The notes beneath the pieces were generated by a model that was given only the letters and a program-made list of their open reading frames with translations, did not search any database and was not told the origin of the DNA. Positions 10,138 to 19,295 of a stretch of DNA of 64,000 nucleotides are shown in pieces. Both the position numbers and the translations under genes were made by a program. The stretch lies in contig OY970218.1 in the NCBI GenBank assembly GCA_963713975.1, forward strand, positions 2,080,001-2,144,000, written 5' to 3'. Each line of letters starts with the position of its first letter. Positions within the stretch are counted from its first letter, which is position 1. Source of the stretch: an uncultured Chloroflexia bacterium (GTDB taxonomy: Bacteria; Chloroflexota; Limnocylindria; Limnocylindrales; CSP1-4).

Positions 10138-10647
10138 ATGCATCCCCTGGTGATCCAGCTACGGTTCGCCCGCAGCGAGTTCGCTCGCGGCCTCGAGGGC
10201 CTGAGTGCGGAGGAGGCCGTCCGACGGGTCCCGCCGTTCAACTCCATCTCCTGGATGGTCGGCCACCTCGCGAACCAGGAACATCGCTACTGGGTGCGTC
10301 TGGCCCAGGACCGCGAGATCGCGCCGGGCCTCAACGACCTCGTAGGCACTGGCCGGCCCGCGAGCACGCCGCCCCTCAACGAGATGCTGTCGATCTGGCG
10401 GTCCGTGACGACCACAGCCGACGACTACCTGGCGGCCCTGGACACCGCGGCGCTCACGACCTTCTTGGCGCGCAATGGACGGCCGGTGGGCGAGAGCGTG
10501 GGCACCATGCTCCTCCGCAACATCTACCACTACTGGTTCCATGCGGGCGAGATCGCGGGCGCACGCCAGGCGCTGGGCCACACGGACCTGCCCGAGTTCG
10601 TCGGCGACATGACCGACGCCGCGTATCGCCCCGAGCGGGAAGGCTGA
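10138..10647 (+). CDS. DinB family protein
   Basis: NSISWMVGHLA and HYWFHAGEI metal-binding His pattern; GGAGG RBS. Confidence 0.85.
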   Translation: MHPLVIQLRFARSEFARGLEGLSAEEAVRRVPPFNSISWMVGHLANQEHRYWVRLAQDREIAPGLNDLVGTGRPASTPPLNEMLSIWRSVTTTADDYLAALDTAALTTFLARNGRPVGESVGTMLLRNIYHYWFHAGEIAGARQALGHTDLPEFVGDMTDAAYRPEREG

Positions 10648-10674
10648 CGCGGGGCGTCCGCCGGGTGCGGCGCC

Positions 10675-11202
10675 TCAGCGATCCCCGTACTTGGCGAGCC
10701 ACTCCTGGTCGCCCTGGACGAGCCACAGGATCCCCTCGATGAAGCCGACGATCCCCGGGATCGCCGTCCAGAAGAAGATCAGGTAGACCACGCCCTTGGT
10801 GTTGTCGCCGAGGTAGAACTTGTGGATGCCAAAGGACCCGAGGAAGATCGCGAGCAGCGAGGCCACGAGCTTGCTCTTGCCGGTCCGGGTCGTGGCATCG
10901 CCCCCCGTGACCCCACCACCGCCGGGCATGCCCGCCTGCCAGGGCTGGCGAACGCCGCACTTCGGGCAGATCTCGGCCCGCGCATCGATCGAGGCACCGC
11001 ACGCGAAGCAGAACTTCGTGGCCGGCCCGGATGCGGGCGGGGGAGGGTTGCCCCAGCCGGGCGTTGCGCCGGGTCCCGCCGGGGCCGCGCCGGGTCCCGC
11101 CGGGGCCGCGCCGGGTCCCGCCGGGGCGGGTTGGTTCATGGCCGCCTCGAGCTCGCTGATGTCGGGCGCGGGCCTGGTCGCATCGGGCGTTCCTTGGGTC
11201 AT
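10675..11202 (-). CDS. Zinc-ribbon + TM2 domain membrane protein
   Basis: KFCFACG...CPKCG ribbon followed by TM2 motif KSKLVA.LLAIFLG.FGIHKFYLG. Confidence 0.88.
   Translation of the reverse strand: MTQGTPDATRPAPDISELEAAMNQPAPAGPGAAPAGPGAAPAGPGATPGWGNPPPPASGPATKFCFACGASIDARAEICPKCGVRQPWQAGMPGGGGVTGGDATTRTGKSKLVASLLAIFLGSFGIHKFYLGDNTKGVVYLIFFWTAIPGIVGFIEGILWLVQGDQEWLAKYGDR
11066..11127. repeat. 21-bp tandem repeat x3 (APAGPGA) in the TM2 gene
   Basis: GCGCCGGGTCCCGCCGGGGCC repeated three times. Confidence 0.9.
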
Positions 11203-11416
11203 GCCACGTATCTCCGCGTCGCGCCGCCATGGGCGCGTCTCAGCGACGGACGATAGCCGGAGCCGGTGGCATCGACGCCGTCCCTCCGGCCCATCGCGGC
11301 GGGCCGAACCGCATGGCCGGCGACGGGGCGCATCATGACGGGGCGGCCTCGACGTCCGCGGGCGATTTCGCCGACACTCTCCAGCAACGGGTGACGCACG
11401 GAGGATCAGCACGACG

Positions 11417-11743
11417 GTGGACACGAGCCAGGTGGTCCTGATCGCCCTCGTGGTGGCGATGATCGTGGCCACGGTCGTGCCCAGGATCCTGCGAAGCCCC
11501 GGGCGGGCGCTCCACAAGCGGTTCGTCGCCCTCGGCACCCTGAAGGGCAAGACCCGCAAGGAGATCGTCAGGGCCGTTGGTGAGCCGAGCTCCGAGGCGA
11601 CGCTGCCGGACGGTCGCGTGGTGCTCCTGTGGCGTGCGCGTGGCTACCAGATCGCGCTCCTGTTCGAGACGAACGGCCGCTGCTTCGGTGTCACCCACGA
11701 GAACGGGCGGCGGGTGACCGCAACCCAGAACCGAGGCATGTAG
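11417..11743 (+). CDS. Small membrane-anchored hypothetical protein
   Basis: GGAGG RBS, N-terminal hydrophobic helix, G.T..EI...VG.P segment resembling SmpA/BLIP-like folds. Confidence 0.7.
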   Translation: MDTSQVVLIALVVAMIVATVVPRILRSPGRALHKRFVALGTLKGKTRKEIVRAVGEPSSEATLPDGRVVLLWRARGYQIALLFETNGRCFGVTHENGRRVTATQNRGM

Positions 11744-11755
11744 GGGCAAGAGCGT

Positions 11756-11802
11756 CTGGCGAGATCGGCGGCGTTCCCCGATACGCCTGCCGATCTCGCC
11801 AG
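11756..11802. terminator. Long GC hairpin between convergent genes (possible bidirectional terminator)
   Basis: CTGGCGAGATCGGC pairs with GCCGATCTCGCCAG (14 bp perfect) plus an inner GGCGT/ACGCC stem; no U-tract. Confidence 0.5.
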
Positions 11803-11967
11803 TCTGGAAAGCTACTTGAGGGTCTAGCGTCAGCGCTTCTCACACCCTCCACCAGGGTGTGGCCGTGAGACGCGGAGTCGGCCCATGTGTTACAGACCCG
11901 TCGATTCCCGGCGAGCGCCGGCTGCCCCGGGGAGCGCCGGCAGCGCGGGGCGTGCCAGACCAAGCCG

Positions 11968-12615
11968 TCAGCCCGTCGCGCGTTCCAGGATCAGCGTCTG
12001 CCAGAAGCGGCCGCGGTGGCCGGTCACGGGCACGAGACCGCCCGCGGTCGCGACGGCGAGCACGTCGGCCGTGCGGTGGACGTGGACCCGGAACGGGTTG
12101 CGGCGGAAGGCGCTCCAGCGGTTGCTGACGTCGACTCCGGCCCGGATCCACGCGTCATCGCGGGGCAGGACCATCCCCAGCCGCCGGCGCGTCCGCTCGG
12201 CGGCCACGCCGACCAGCGCCTCCATGTGCGGGTAGCAGCAGACCACCCGGTCCAACGCCACCAGGTCTGATGCCGGAAGCTCGGGCGCCAGCGCGACGGC
12301 GTCACCCTTGAGATACGTCACGCGGTCCGCATGGCCGCGCCGCTGGGCCTCCGCCTGCGCGGCGGCGAGATACGGGCCGGAGGCGTCCACGTCGACGGCC
12401 GAAACGGCACCGGCGTCCAGCAGGGCATGGTGCACCGCCCCGACGCCGGCCCCGATGTCGAGCACCGTCAGCCCATCGATATCGTCCGATGACAACCCGG
12501 CGATCAGGCGCGCCGTCCACCCATTGGGCCCGTTCCTGCGGTACTCGCGCAGCCGCTCATCGGCCCGACGCGCGTCGAACTGGTCGTCGTAGATGGTCCG
12601 CTCGCAGCAGTCCAT
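11968..12615 (-). CDS. Class I SAM-dependent methyltransferase (BchM-like fold)
   Basis: VLDIGAGVG motif I, VDVDAS, DLVALDRVVCCYP. Confidence 0.88.
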   Translation of the reverse strand: MDCCERTIYDDQFDARRADERLREYRRNGPNGWTARLIAGLSSDDIDGLTVLDIGAGVGAVHHALLDAGAVSAVDVDASGPYLAAAQAEAQRRGHADRVTYLKGDAVALAPELPASDLVALDRVVCCYPHMEALVGVAAERTRRRLGMVLPRDDAWIRAGVDVSNRWSAFRRNPFRVHVHRTADVLAVATAGGLVPVTGHRGRFWQTLILERATG

Positions 12616-12692
12616 CGGGAGATGGTAGTCGTCCGTCGCAACCTGGCTCAGCTGGTGGTGGATCGGCGCCGGCCGCGGCCGGGTCGGACCGG

Positions 12693-13856
12693 CTAGCCCG
12701 GCTCTCCGTCGTGGGCATCGGTCGTGATCGTCTCCGGGATCGCGCTCCCAAAGATCTGGCGCCAGTTCACCTCGCGCCGGTTGGGGTCGTCGAAGCCCAG
12801 CATGGTTCGGCCCTGTCGCCTGGCGTAGGCGAGCGCCAGGAGCTCCAGCGGCACGGCGGTCACGATCGGGGAGAGCAGCTCATCGGACGTGGCCCACGCC
12901 GGCAGCACCACGTCCGAGGCGGCGCACGTCGCCTCGTCCGTGGGGTCGCAGATCGCCACGGCGGTCCCGCCCACGTCACGGACGGCCCGGAGCTGCTCCC
13001 GGGCGCGGTCCACGCTCGCCCCCCCCGGCGCGACGACGATGGTGTGGCTCCCGGGCCCGGTGCAGAAGTACTGCTCGTGGGCCCACTCCTCGAGCTCCTG
13101 GCCGACCGCGTTGTGGCGTGCCGACTCGATGAACTTCGCCATCCCGAACACGGCCGTCCCGTGGCTCGGACCGCCGCCGATGACCGTCAGCACCTCGCCC
13201 GGGTCGATCCGTTCCGCGATCGACTCGGCCACAGGCCGTGCGGCACCGATCGTCGATGCGACGGCGTCGGCGCAGCCGGAGACCGCTTCGAGACGCCGGT
13301 CCACGTCCTCCCCGGTGAGGTGTCCCGCTGCCGCCCCGATCCTGCAGGCCAGGGCGTACAGCGCCACGAGCGAGGCGAGATAGGACAGCGTGCCCGGGCC
13401 GAACCCGACGTCCTCGTACGTCCAGGCGAGGGTGCCTGTCGCCGTCCGCCCGAGCTGGCTGTCCGGGAAGAAGGTGAGCCCGATCGACCGGATCCCGCGC
13501 TGGCCCGCGAACAGCGCCGCCTCGATCGTCCTGGTAACGCGCCCCGAGTTCGACACGGCGACCACCAGCGCATCGGCCGGCGCCGAGGTGACCGCGTAGC
13601 GCGAGAACTCGAGCGATTCCATGGCCTCGGTCGGGATGCCCGTCCAGCGCTCGAACGCGAACCGCGTCGCCATGCCCGCGTAATAGGAGTCGCCACAACC
13701 CACGAGGTAGATCCGTGACGGCACCGGCAGGGCCAGGCCCGCGGCCCGCTCATAGAGGTCTCGAACCGCGCCGCCTCGCAGGTAGGCGGGCTGCGCCTCG
13801 ATTCCCGCCGCCATGTTGTCCCACTTGAGGTCGAGCTCCTCTTCATCCATACGCAT
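12693..13856 (-). CDS. SIS-domain sugar-phosphate isomerase/deglycase (GlmS/AgaS/FrlB-like)
   Basis: LVGCGDSY, VSNSGR..RT, second SIS domain with EEWAHEQ; overlaps the PfkB stop. Confidence 0.88.
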   Translation of the reverse strand: MRMDEEELDLKWDNMAAGIEAQPAYLRGGAVRDLYERAAGLALPVPSRIYLVGCGDSYYAGMATRFAFERWTGIPTEAMESLEFSRYAVTSAPADALVVAVSNSGRVTRTIEAALFAGQRGIRSIGLTFFPDSQLGRTATGTLAWTYEDVGFGPGTLSYLASLVALYALACRIGAAAGHLTGEDVDRRLEAVSGCADAVASTIGAARPVAESIAERIDPGEVLTVIGGGPSHGTAVFGMAKFIESARHNAVGQELEEWAHEQYFCTGPGSHTIVVAPGGASVDRAREQLRAVRDVGGTAVAICDPTDEATCAASDVVLPAWATSDELLSPIVTAVPLELLALAYARRQGRTMLGFDDPNRREVNWRQIFGSAIPETITTDAHDGEPG

Positions 13857-14820
13857 GTGGCGTCTCCTCGTTCTCAGGTGGCAGGGTGGCGGATCGAATG
13901 GCCGCCAGGCGGCGACCGGCTTCGGCGGGATCCACGTCGGCGAGCGGAAGGGCGCCGCGCCCTTCGACGGCAAACGAGGCCGAGACGGCACCATGGCACG
14001 CCGCGACGACGGCATCCGGCCACCCAGAGTACGCCGCCAGGAAGCCGCCGCAGTACGTGTCGCCGGCGCCCGTCGGGTCGATGACCTTGGCCGGTGCGGC
14101 CGGGACATGGTGCACGACCTGATCCGGGCCGCACACGAGGCTGCCATCCGGCCCCAGCTTGATGGCGACGGCCCGAGGGCCGGCCGCGACAAACGAGCGG
14201 GCGGCCGCCTCCGGATCGTCCCACCCGTAGAGCTGTCGTGCCTCGCCGCGGCTGGGCAGGAACAGGTCCACCTGCCGGAGGAGCGCCATCAGCTCCTCCT
14301 CGTGGCCGGCGATGTGCAGGTCGTGGGGATCCAGGGAGACCAGGCGAACCCCGGCGTCCCGGAGGTGTCGCACCAGCTCCACCTGGATCCAGAGCGGCAT
14401 CGGCGCGACATGACAGGCGTCGAGGTGCTCGAGCCCCCGCGGGAGCTCGGCGGGGCGGATGGACTGGTCCTCGTGTGATCCGGAGTCGTCCCAGATCCCC
14501 ATGTGACGGATGTCGTCAGGCTCGTAGCGCATCCAGTTGTGGATGCTCGACGCCGCCTGCGGTACGAGGTGCAGATCCAGGCCGGCGGCCTCGAGGCGTC
14601 GGACGTGGGCTCGCGGGAAGTCCGGCCCCATGCGCGTGGCCATCCCCACCCGCGATCGCCAGACCGCCGCGCCCAGCGCGCCGTAGACCGCATTGCCGCC
14701 GCACTGGCCGGGGGAGTCGATGCCATCGGGCAGGACGACATCGTCGATCGTGAAGTTGCCCAGGACCCAGAGCGCGTCACGCCCCACCGCCGGCCCTGTG
14801 GCGAGCATGCCTGGGCCCAT
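13843..14820 (-). CDS. PfkB family carbohydrate kinase
   Basis: [29 protein letters not shown] signature. Confidence 0.92.
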   Translation of the reverse strand: MGPGMLATGPAVGRDALWVLGNFTIDDVVLPDGIDSPGQCGGNAVYGALGAAVWRSRVGMATRMGPDFPRAHVRRLEAAGLDLHLVPQAASSIHNWMRYEPDDIRHMGIWDDSGSHEDQSIRPAELPRGLEHLDACHVAPMPLWIQVELVRHLRDAGVRLVSLDPHDLHIAGHEEELMALLRQVDLFLPSRGEARQLYGWDDPEAAARSFVAAGPRAVAIKLGPDGSLVCGPDQVVHHVPAAPAKVIDPTGAGDTYCGGFLAAYSGWPDAVVAACHGAVSASFAVEGRGALPLADVDPAEAGRRLAAIRSATLPPENEETPHAYG

Positions 14821-14923
14821 ATCCGCGCCTCCTCATCCGCAACGGGACCGGGCGATTGTGGGGTCGCGGTCTTCAGATCCGCAAGCGGGAGCCCGCGCGG
14901 CGTCCGGGCGCTGCGTCGACCCC

Positions 14924-16777
14924 TCAGCCCTCCGCCTCGATCACCCGCATCACGGCGTTGATCAGTGCCAGGTGGGTGAACGCCTGTGGGAAGTTGCCGA
15001 GGTGCCGCCCCGTCTCGGGGTCGATCTCCTCGCCGTACAGGTGGAGCTGGCTGGCGTGGGCCAGGAGGCTCTCGCACAACCGGCGCGCCCGGGCCTTCTG
15101 GCCGATGGTGACGAGCGCCGAGACCAGCCAGAACGAGCAGATGACGAACGCCCCCTCGTCGCCGCCGAGCCCGTCGTCCGTCAGGGCCGGGTCATAGCGC
15201 CGGACGAGGCCGTCTACGGCAAGGTCCCGCGCAACCGCCTTCACGGTGGCCCGGACCCGTGGGTCGCTGCCGGGCAGGAACCCCACGAGGGGAATGAGGA
15301 GGGTCGACGCGTCCAGCCCCTTCGAGCCGTATGCCTGCGTGAACACGCCGCGCTCGTCGATACCGTTCCGGCACACGTCCGCGTGGATCTCGTCCGCGGC
15401 AGCCTGCCAGCGGGCCTCCAGTTCAGGCTCGTCCCGGAGCCGGGCCAGCCGGGCGCCCCGGTCCGCGGCCACCCAGCACATGACCTTGGACGAGGTGAAG
15501 TGCTGCAGCTCGCCGCGGACCTCCCAGATCCCGCGATCGGGCTCCCGCCAGTGCTCGATCGCATCCCCCACCTGGCGGACGACGATCCCCCAGATCCGGT
15601 CGTCGAGCTGGTCGCGGGACTTCGCGTGCAGGTAGACGGAATCCACGAGCGATCCCCAGACGTCGTGCTGACGCTGGCGGAAGGCACCATTGCCGACGCG
15701 GACGGGTCGTGACCCTTCGTAGCCCGAGAGGTGATCGAGGGTGGACTCGGCGAGGTCCCGCTCGCCACCGATCCCGTACATGACCTGGAGGTCGCCGTCC
15801 GTGGAGACGGCGTCGGCGAGGAAGTTGAAGAAGTCCGTGGCCTCCCAGTCGAGGCCCAGCGTGTCGAGCGCCCACAGCGCATACGTGGAATCCCGGATCC
15901 ACGTGTAGCGGTAGTCCCAGTTCCGCTCGCCACCGGGCTGCTCGGGGAGGGAGGTCGTCGGTGCCGCGATGATCGCCCCGGTCGGCGAGTAGGTGAGCCC
16001 CTTCAGGGTCAGCGCGGAACGCTCCAGGTAGGGCCGCCAGCGGTGGTCGGGGAGGCGGGCCCTGGCCAGCCAGTGCTGCCAGTGATGCGCCGTCCAGACG
16101 AGCTGCCGGTACGCCTCGACCTGGTCGACGGGCGGGGACTCGGTGTCCCAGGACAGCGCGACGAAACGGACCTCGCCTTCCTTGATCAGCGTGTGCCCGA
16201 TCGCTCGCGGCCCCTCGAAGCCCAGGTTGATGTCCGAGGTCAGGGTCAGCCGCACGTCGCTGCCCTCGGCCGAGTACGTGCCGCGCCGGTAGCCCTCGCC
16301 CTCGTACTCCCACGTCCCGTGCAGCCGGCCGTACTCGAGGACGGGCTCGCAGTCGACCGCGAGCTGGACCTCGCCGCCAACGCAGCGGACGATCCGCAGC
16401 AGCACGTGCTCCGCGTCGTAGTCCGTGGGCGGGCGCCGGTGGGTCGAGGACCGCTGCTCGTTGTGGTGCCAGGGCCCCATGAGCAGGACGTCACGGACGA
16501 TGATCCAGCCGGTCGGCGTGCTCCAGCTCGTCTCCACGATCATCGTGCCCGGCAGGTAGCGCCGCGCGACCGGCACCCGGGTGTCGGCGGGACCAAAGCG
16601 GAAGCTGCCGGCATCGCGGTCGAGGATCGAGCCGAAGATGCTCGGCGAGTCCATCCGCGGCACGGACATCCACTCGACGTTGCCGCCCGGCGCCACCAGC
16701 GCCGTGACCTCGCCGTCGGACAGGAACGCGTAGTCCGAGATGGGCGGGAACGCAGAAGCGCCGTCGGGGCTCGGCAT
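14924..16777 (-). CDS. Glycoside hydrolase family 15 (trehalase/glucoamylase-like)
   Basis: [49 protein letters not shown]. An upstream start near 16936 (MAKSNG) is possible. Confidence 0.93.
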   Translation of the reverse strand: MPSPDGASAFPPISDYAFLSDGEVTALVAPGGNVEWMSVPRMDSPSIFGSILDRDAGSFRFGPADTRVPVARRYLPGTMIVETSWSTPTGWIIVRDVLLMGPWHHNEQRSSTHRRPPTDYDAEHVLLRIVRCVGGEVQLAVDCEPVLEYGRLHGTWEYEGEGYRRGTYSAEGSDVRLTLTSDINLGFEGPRAIGHTLIKEGEVRFVALSWDTESPPVDQVEAYRQLVWTAHHWQHWLARARLPDHRWRPYLERSALTLKGLTYSPTGAIIAAPTTSLPEQPGGERNWDYRYTWIRDSTYALWALDTLGLDWEATDFFNFLADAVSTDGDLQVMYGIGGERDLAESTLDHLSGYEGSRPVRVGNGAFRQRQHDVWGSLVDSVYLHAKSRDQLDDRIWGIVVRQVGDAIEHWREPDRGIWEVRGELQHFTSSKVMCWVAADRGARLARLRDEPELEARWQAAADEIHADVCRNGIDERGVFTQAYGSKGLDASTLLIPLVGFLPGSDPRVRATVKAVARDLAVDGLVRRYDPALTDDGLGGDEGAFVICSFWLVSALVTIGQKARARRLCESLLAHASQLHLYGEEIDPETGRHLGNFPQAFTHLALINAVMRVIEAEG

Positions 16778-17051
16778 GCGGCGGCCACGCGAGCCGGGGA
16801 CATCCCCGTGGAGGGCCCGGCCGTGGGCGTGGGACCGGTCCCGGGTCCGATCGTGCCCGGCCCCGGAGTTCTTCTTCCGTGCCTTGGCGTCCGAGCCGGA
16901 CTTCCTCCGTCCCGCGCGCCCGTTCGACTTCGCCATTCGCTGCCTGTTCCCGTGCGTGGGGTGGCAGTCTCGCACGCGGTTCGCGGATGGTGCCACCCAC
17001 CGATGGTCCCGATCAGCCGAGGCGAACCCGGAGGCTCGCCAGGGGCGACGG

Positions 17052-18110
17052 TCAGCCCTCCTCCGCGCCGGCAACGGCGGCGAAGCGCCAGTCGGAACGG
17101 CGCGAGATGCCGCGCAGCAGCCGGCCCAGGATGTCTGCCCCGGTGATGATCCGCCGCTGCTCGTCCGTCCAGACCAGGATGATGTCGTGGTCGATCACGT
17201 CGCCGCCGCGGCGGACCGGCCGGTGCTCCAGCATCCCCAGGAACTCGCCCAGGCGCGCGGCCGGATTCGTCACGATGATCGGCTGGTGGCAGAAGGGGCG
17301 GACATCCACTGCGCCCGGATCCATGACCGCCGCCCGGACGAGGCCATCGGCGTCGAGCGCATAGTGCGGCGTGCCGGCCGGATCGACGAGGACCACCCAC
17401 GGGTGCCCCGAGGCGTGGACGTCGTGCAGGAACTCGGGCCTGGTGTCGGCATCGAGATAGGGGAGCGCGAGGTCCTCGCCATCCCACGGCAGCGCGATGA
17501 TGCTGGCCGGATCGATCGGCTCTCCTTCCATCACGACCAGGATGTCGTCCAGGGCAAGGAAGTTCAGGGCGCCCGTGCCCTCGACCTCGTCGAGATCGGT
17601 GTCCTCTGCGGCGATGTGGGTGCGAAGGATCCGGCGCAGGTCCCGCTCGCCGAGATAGGTGACGGCCTCGCGACCAAGCCAGCGGTCGAGCATCAGCGCC
17701 GTCGGCTTCGCGACCGGGAAGAGGAGGATCTCGTAGGCCCGCAGGACGGGGGACAGCAGGGATGCCATCCGCAGGGCATGGCGGGAGAAGTAGGCCTGGG
17801 GCAGGATCTCGCCGCCGAACGTGATCAGGACGGTCGAGAACACGAAGGCGGCGAGCCCGGCCAGGACGGAGCTCGTCAGCAGGGTCAGCAGGACGTTGAT
17901 GCTGACGTTGCCCCACAGGATGGTCGCGAGCAGGAAGTTCGCGTCGGTCCGCAGGGCCAGCACCTGGCGCGCGGCGCGGCTGCCGTGGGCGACCTCCACC
18001 TCGAGCTGCAACCGGCTCAGGCTGAAGAACGCCAGGTTGAGGCCGGAGAACATCGCCGACTGCGAGATGCAGAACAGGATCCCCAGCCAGATGAGCAGGT
18101 CGCCGCTCAT
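17052..18110 (-). CDS. CNNM/DUF21 domain metal-transport-associated membrane protein
   Basis: SAMFSGLNLAFFSL, LATILWGNV..N, FGGEILPQAY; degenerate CBS-like C-terminus. Confidence 0.88.
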   Translation of the reverse strand: MSGDLLIWLGILFCISQSAMFSGLNLAFFSLSRLQLEVEVAHGSRAARQVLALRTDANFLLATILWGNVSINVLLTLLTSSVLAGLAAFVFSTVLITFGGEILPQAYFSRHALRMASLLSPVLRAYEILLFPVAKPTALMLDRWLGREAVTYLGERDLRRILRTHIAAEDTDLDEVEGTGALNFLALDDILVVMEGEPIDPASIIALPWDGEDLALPYLDADTRPEFLHDVHASGHPWVVLVDPAGTPHYALDADGLVRAAVMDPGAVDVRPFCHQPIIVTNPAARLGEFLGMLEHRPVRRGGDVIDHDIILVWTDEQRRIITGADILGRLLRGISRRSDWRFAAVAGAEEG

Positions 18111-18290
18111 CGCGACTTCCCCCAGGCGTCGACGGGCGGGATGGACATCCAGCCGAGTATGGAGGTCCGCCGCCCCGCTGGTTGGTCGCGTGCGGAATCT
18201 GGCGTGGCCGGCGGCGACCTAGTGCGATGCTCTCCCTGGATTGCGGACCCGGCGCGGGTTCGCTACATGGTGTGGAGGCTGGCTCCGGCA

Positions 18291-19274
18291 GTGGATCGAT
18301 CCGCGACTCGGCATCGGGGAGAGCTGTTCGCTGCGCTCGCGGCGATGGGCTTCGGGTCCGCCTATGTCGCGACCTCGTTCGCGCTCCATGGTTTCGGGCC
18401 GCTGCCGGTCGCAGTCTGGCGCAGCGTCCTGGCCGCGGGGGCGCTCGGGCTCGTCCTGGTGGTCCGGCACCCCGGGACGGCCCCGTCCCCGTCCGCCGCC
18501 GTCGGGGCCGGTCTGGGCGTTCCCCCGCCGCTCACGGCGCGCGCGCTCCGGCTGCTCGTGGTCGCGACCTTCGGCGGGCCGCTGTTCCTGTCGGCCATGA
18601 GCCTCGCGATCGATCACGTGGGGGCGACCATCGCCGCCTTCGTGGCCGGCCTGTACGCGGTGCTGGCCGCGGTCATCGCGCCCGCCCTGCTGCCGGAGCG
18701 CCTGCCGGTACGGGTGCTGGCCGGATTCGTGCTCGCCCTGGCCGGCACGGCCCTGCTCGCGGAGCTCGACCCCGTCGGGACCGACGTGCCGGGCATGGGG
18801 TGGGGGCTCCTCGCCGCCGCCTCGTTCGCCCTGTACCTGGTGCTCGCCCGCCGCTGGTCCAGGCCCTACCGCCTCGATGGGCTGACCGTCGGGCTGGCCA
18901 ACGTGGTCCTGACGGCGCTCCTCCTGGGTTCGGCCATCCTGGTGCTCGATCCCGGGGCGCTGGTGCCGTCCGACCCGCCGCTCGATTCCATCCTCGCCCT
19001 GGCCTGGCTGGCCGCCGTGGCCGCCCTGGGACCGGTCCTCACGGTGGCGAGCGTGCGCCTGATCCCCGCGGCGCGCTCGTCGGCCTTCCTGCTCCTCAAC
19101 CCGATCACGGCGACGGTGCTGGCGGCCCTGCTGCTCGACGAGCGGGTGTCGCCGACCCAGCTCGCCGGCGCTCTGCTGGTGCTCGTCGGGATGGGCGCGG
19201 CGACGATCCCGGCCGGGGCGGGCCTTCGCCGGGCGCGGGCAGCCCGGGCTCGCCGATCGGGCGCCGGCGACTAG
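18291..19274 (+). CDS. DMT/EamA family transporter
   Basis: About 10 hydrophobic helices in two EamA repeats (LLPERL, LLNPI...LLLDER). Start uncertain. Confidence 0.85.
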   Translation: MDRSATRHRGELFAALAAMGFGSAYVATSFALHGFGPLPVAVWRSVLAAGALGLVLVVRHPGTAPSPSAAVGAGLGVPPPLTARALRLLVVATFGGPLFLSAMSLAIDHVGATIAAFVAGLYAVLAAVIAPALLPERLPVRVLAGFVLALAGTALLAELDPVGTDVPGMGWGLLAAASFALYLVLARRWSRPYRLDGLTVGLANVVLTALLLGSAILVLDPGALVPSDPPLDSILALAWLAAVAALGPVLTVASVRLIPAARSSAFLLLNPITATVLAALLLDERVSPTQLAGALLVLVGMGAATIPAGAGLRRARAARARRSGAGD

Positions 19275-19295
19275 GGCGGCGCACGCCCGCCCGGG

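Noticed and set aside
11066-11127. Short repeats as a mini-CRISPR (also 43730-43782)
   Set aside because: The units are contiguous, have no spacers, are multiples of 3 and lie inside coding low-complexity linkers.
16740-19274. 844-aa extended transporter ORF
   Set aside because: The N-terminal part is antisense to the CNNM gene; only the last ~330 aa look like EamA.
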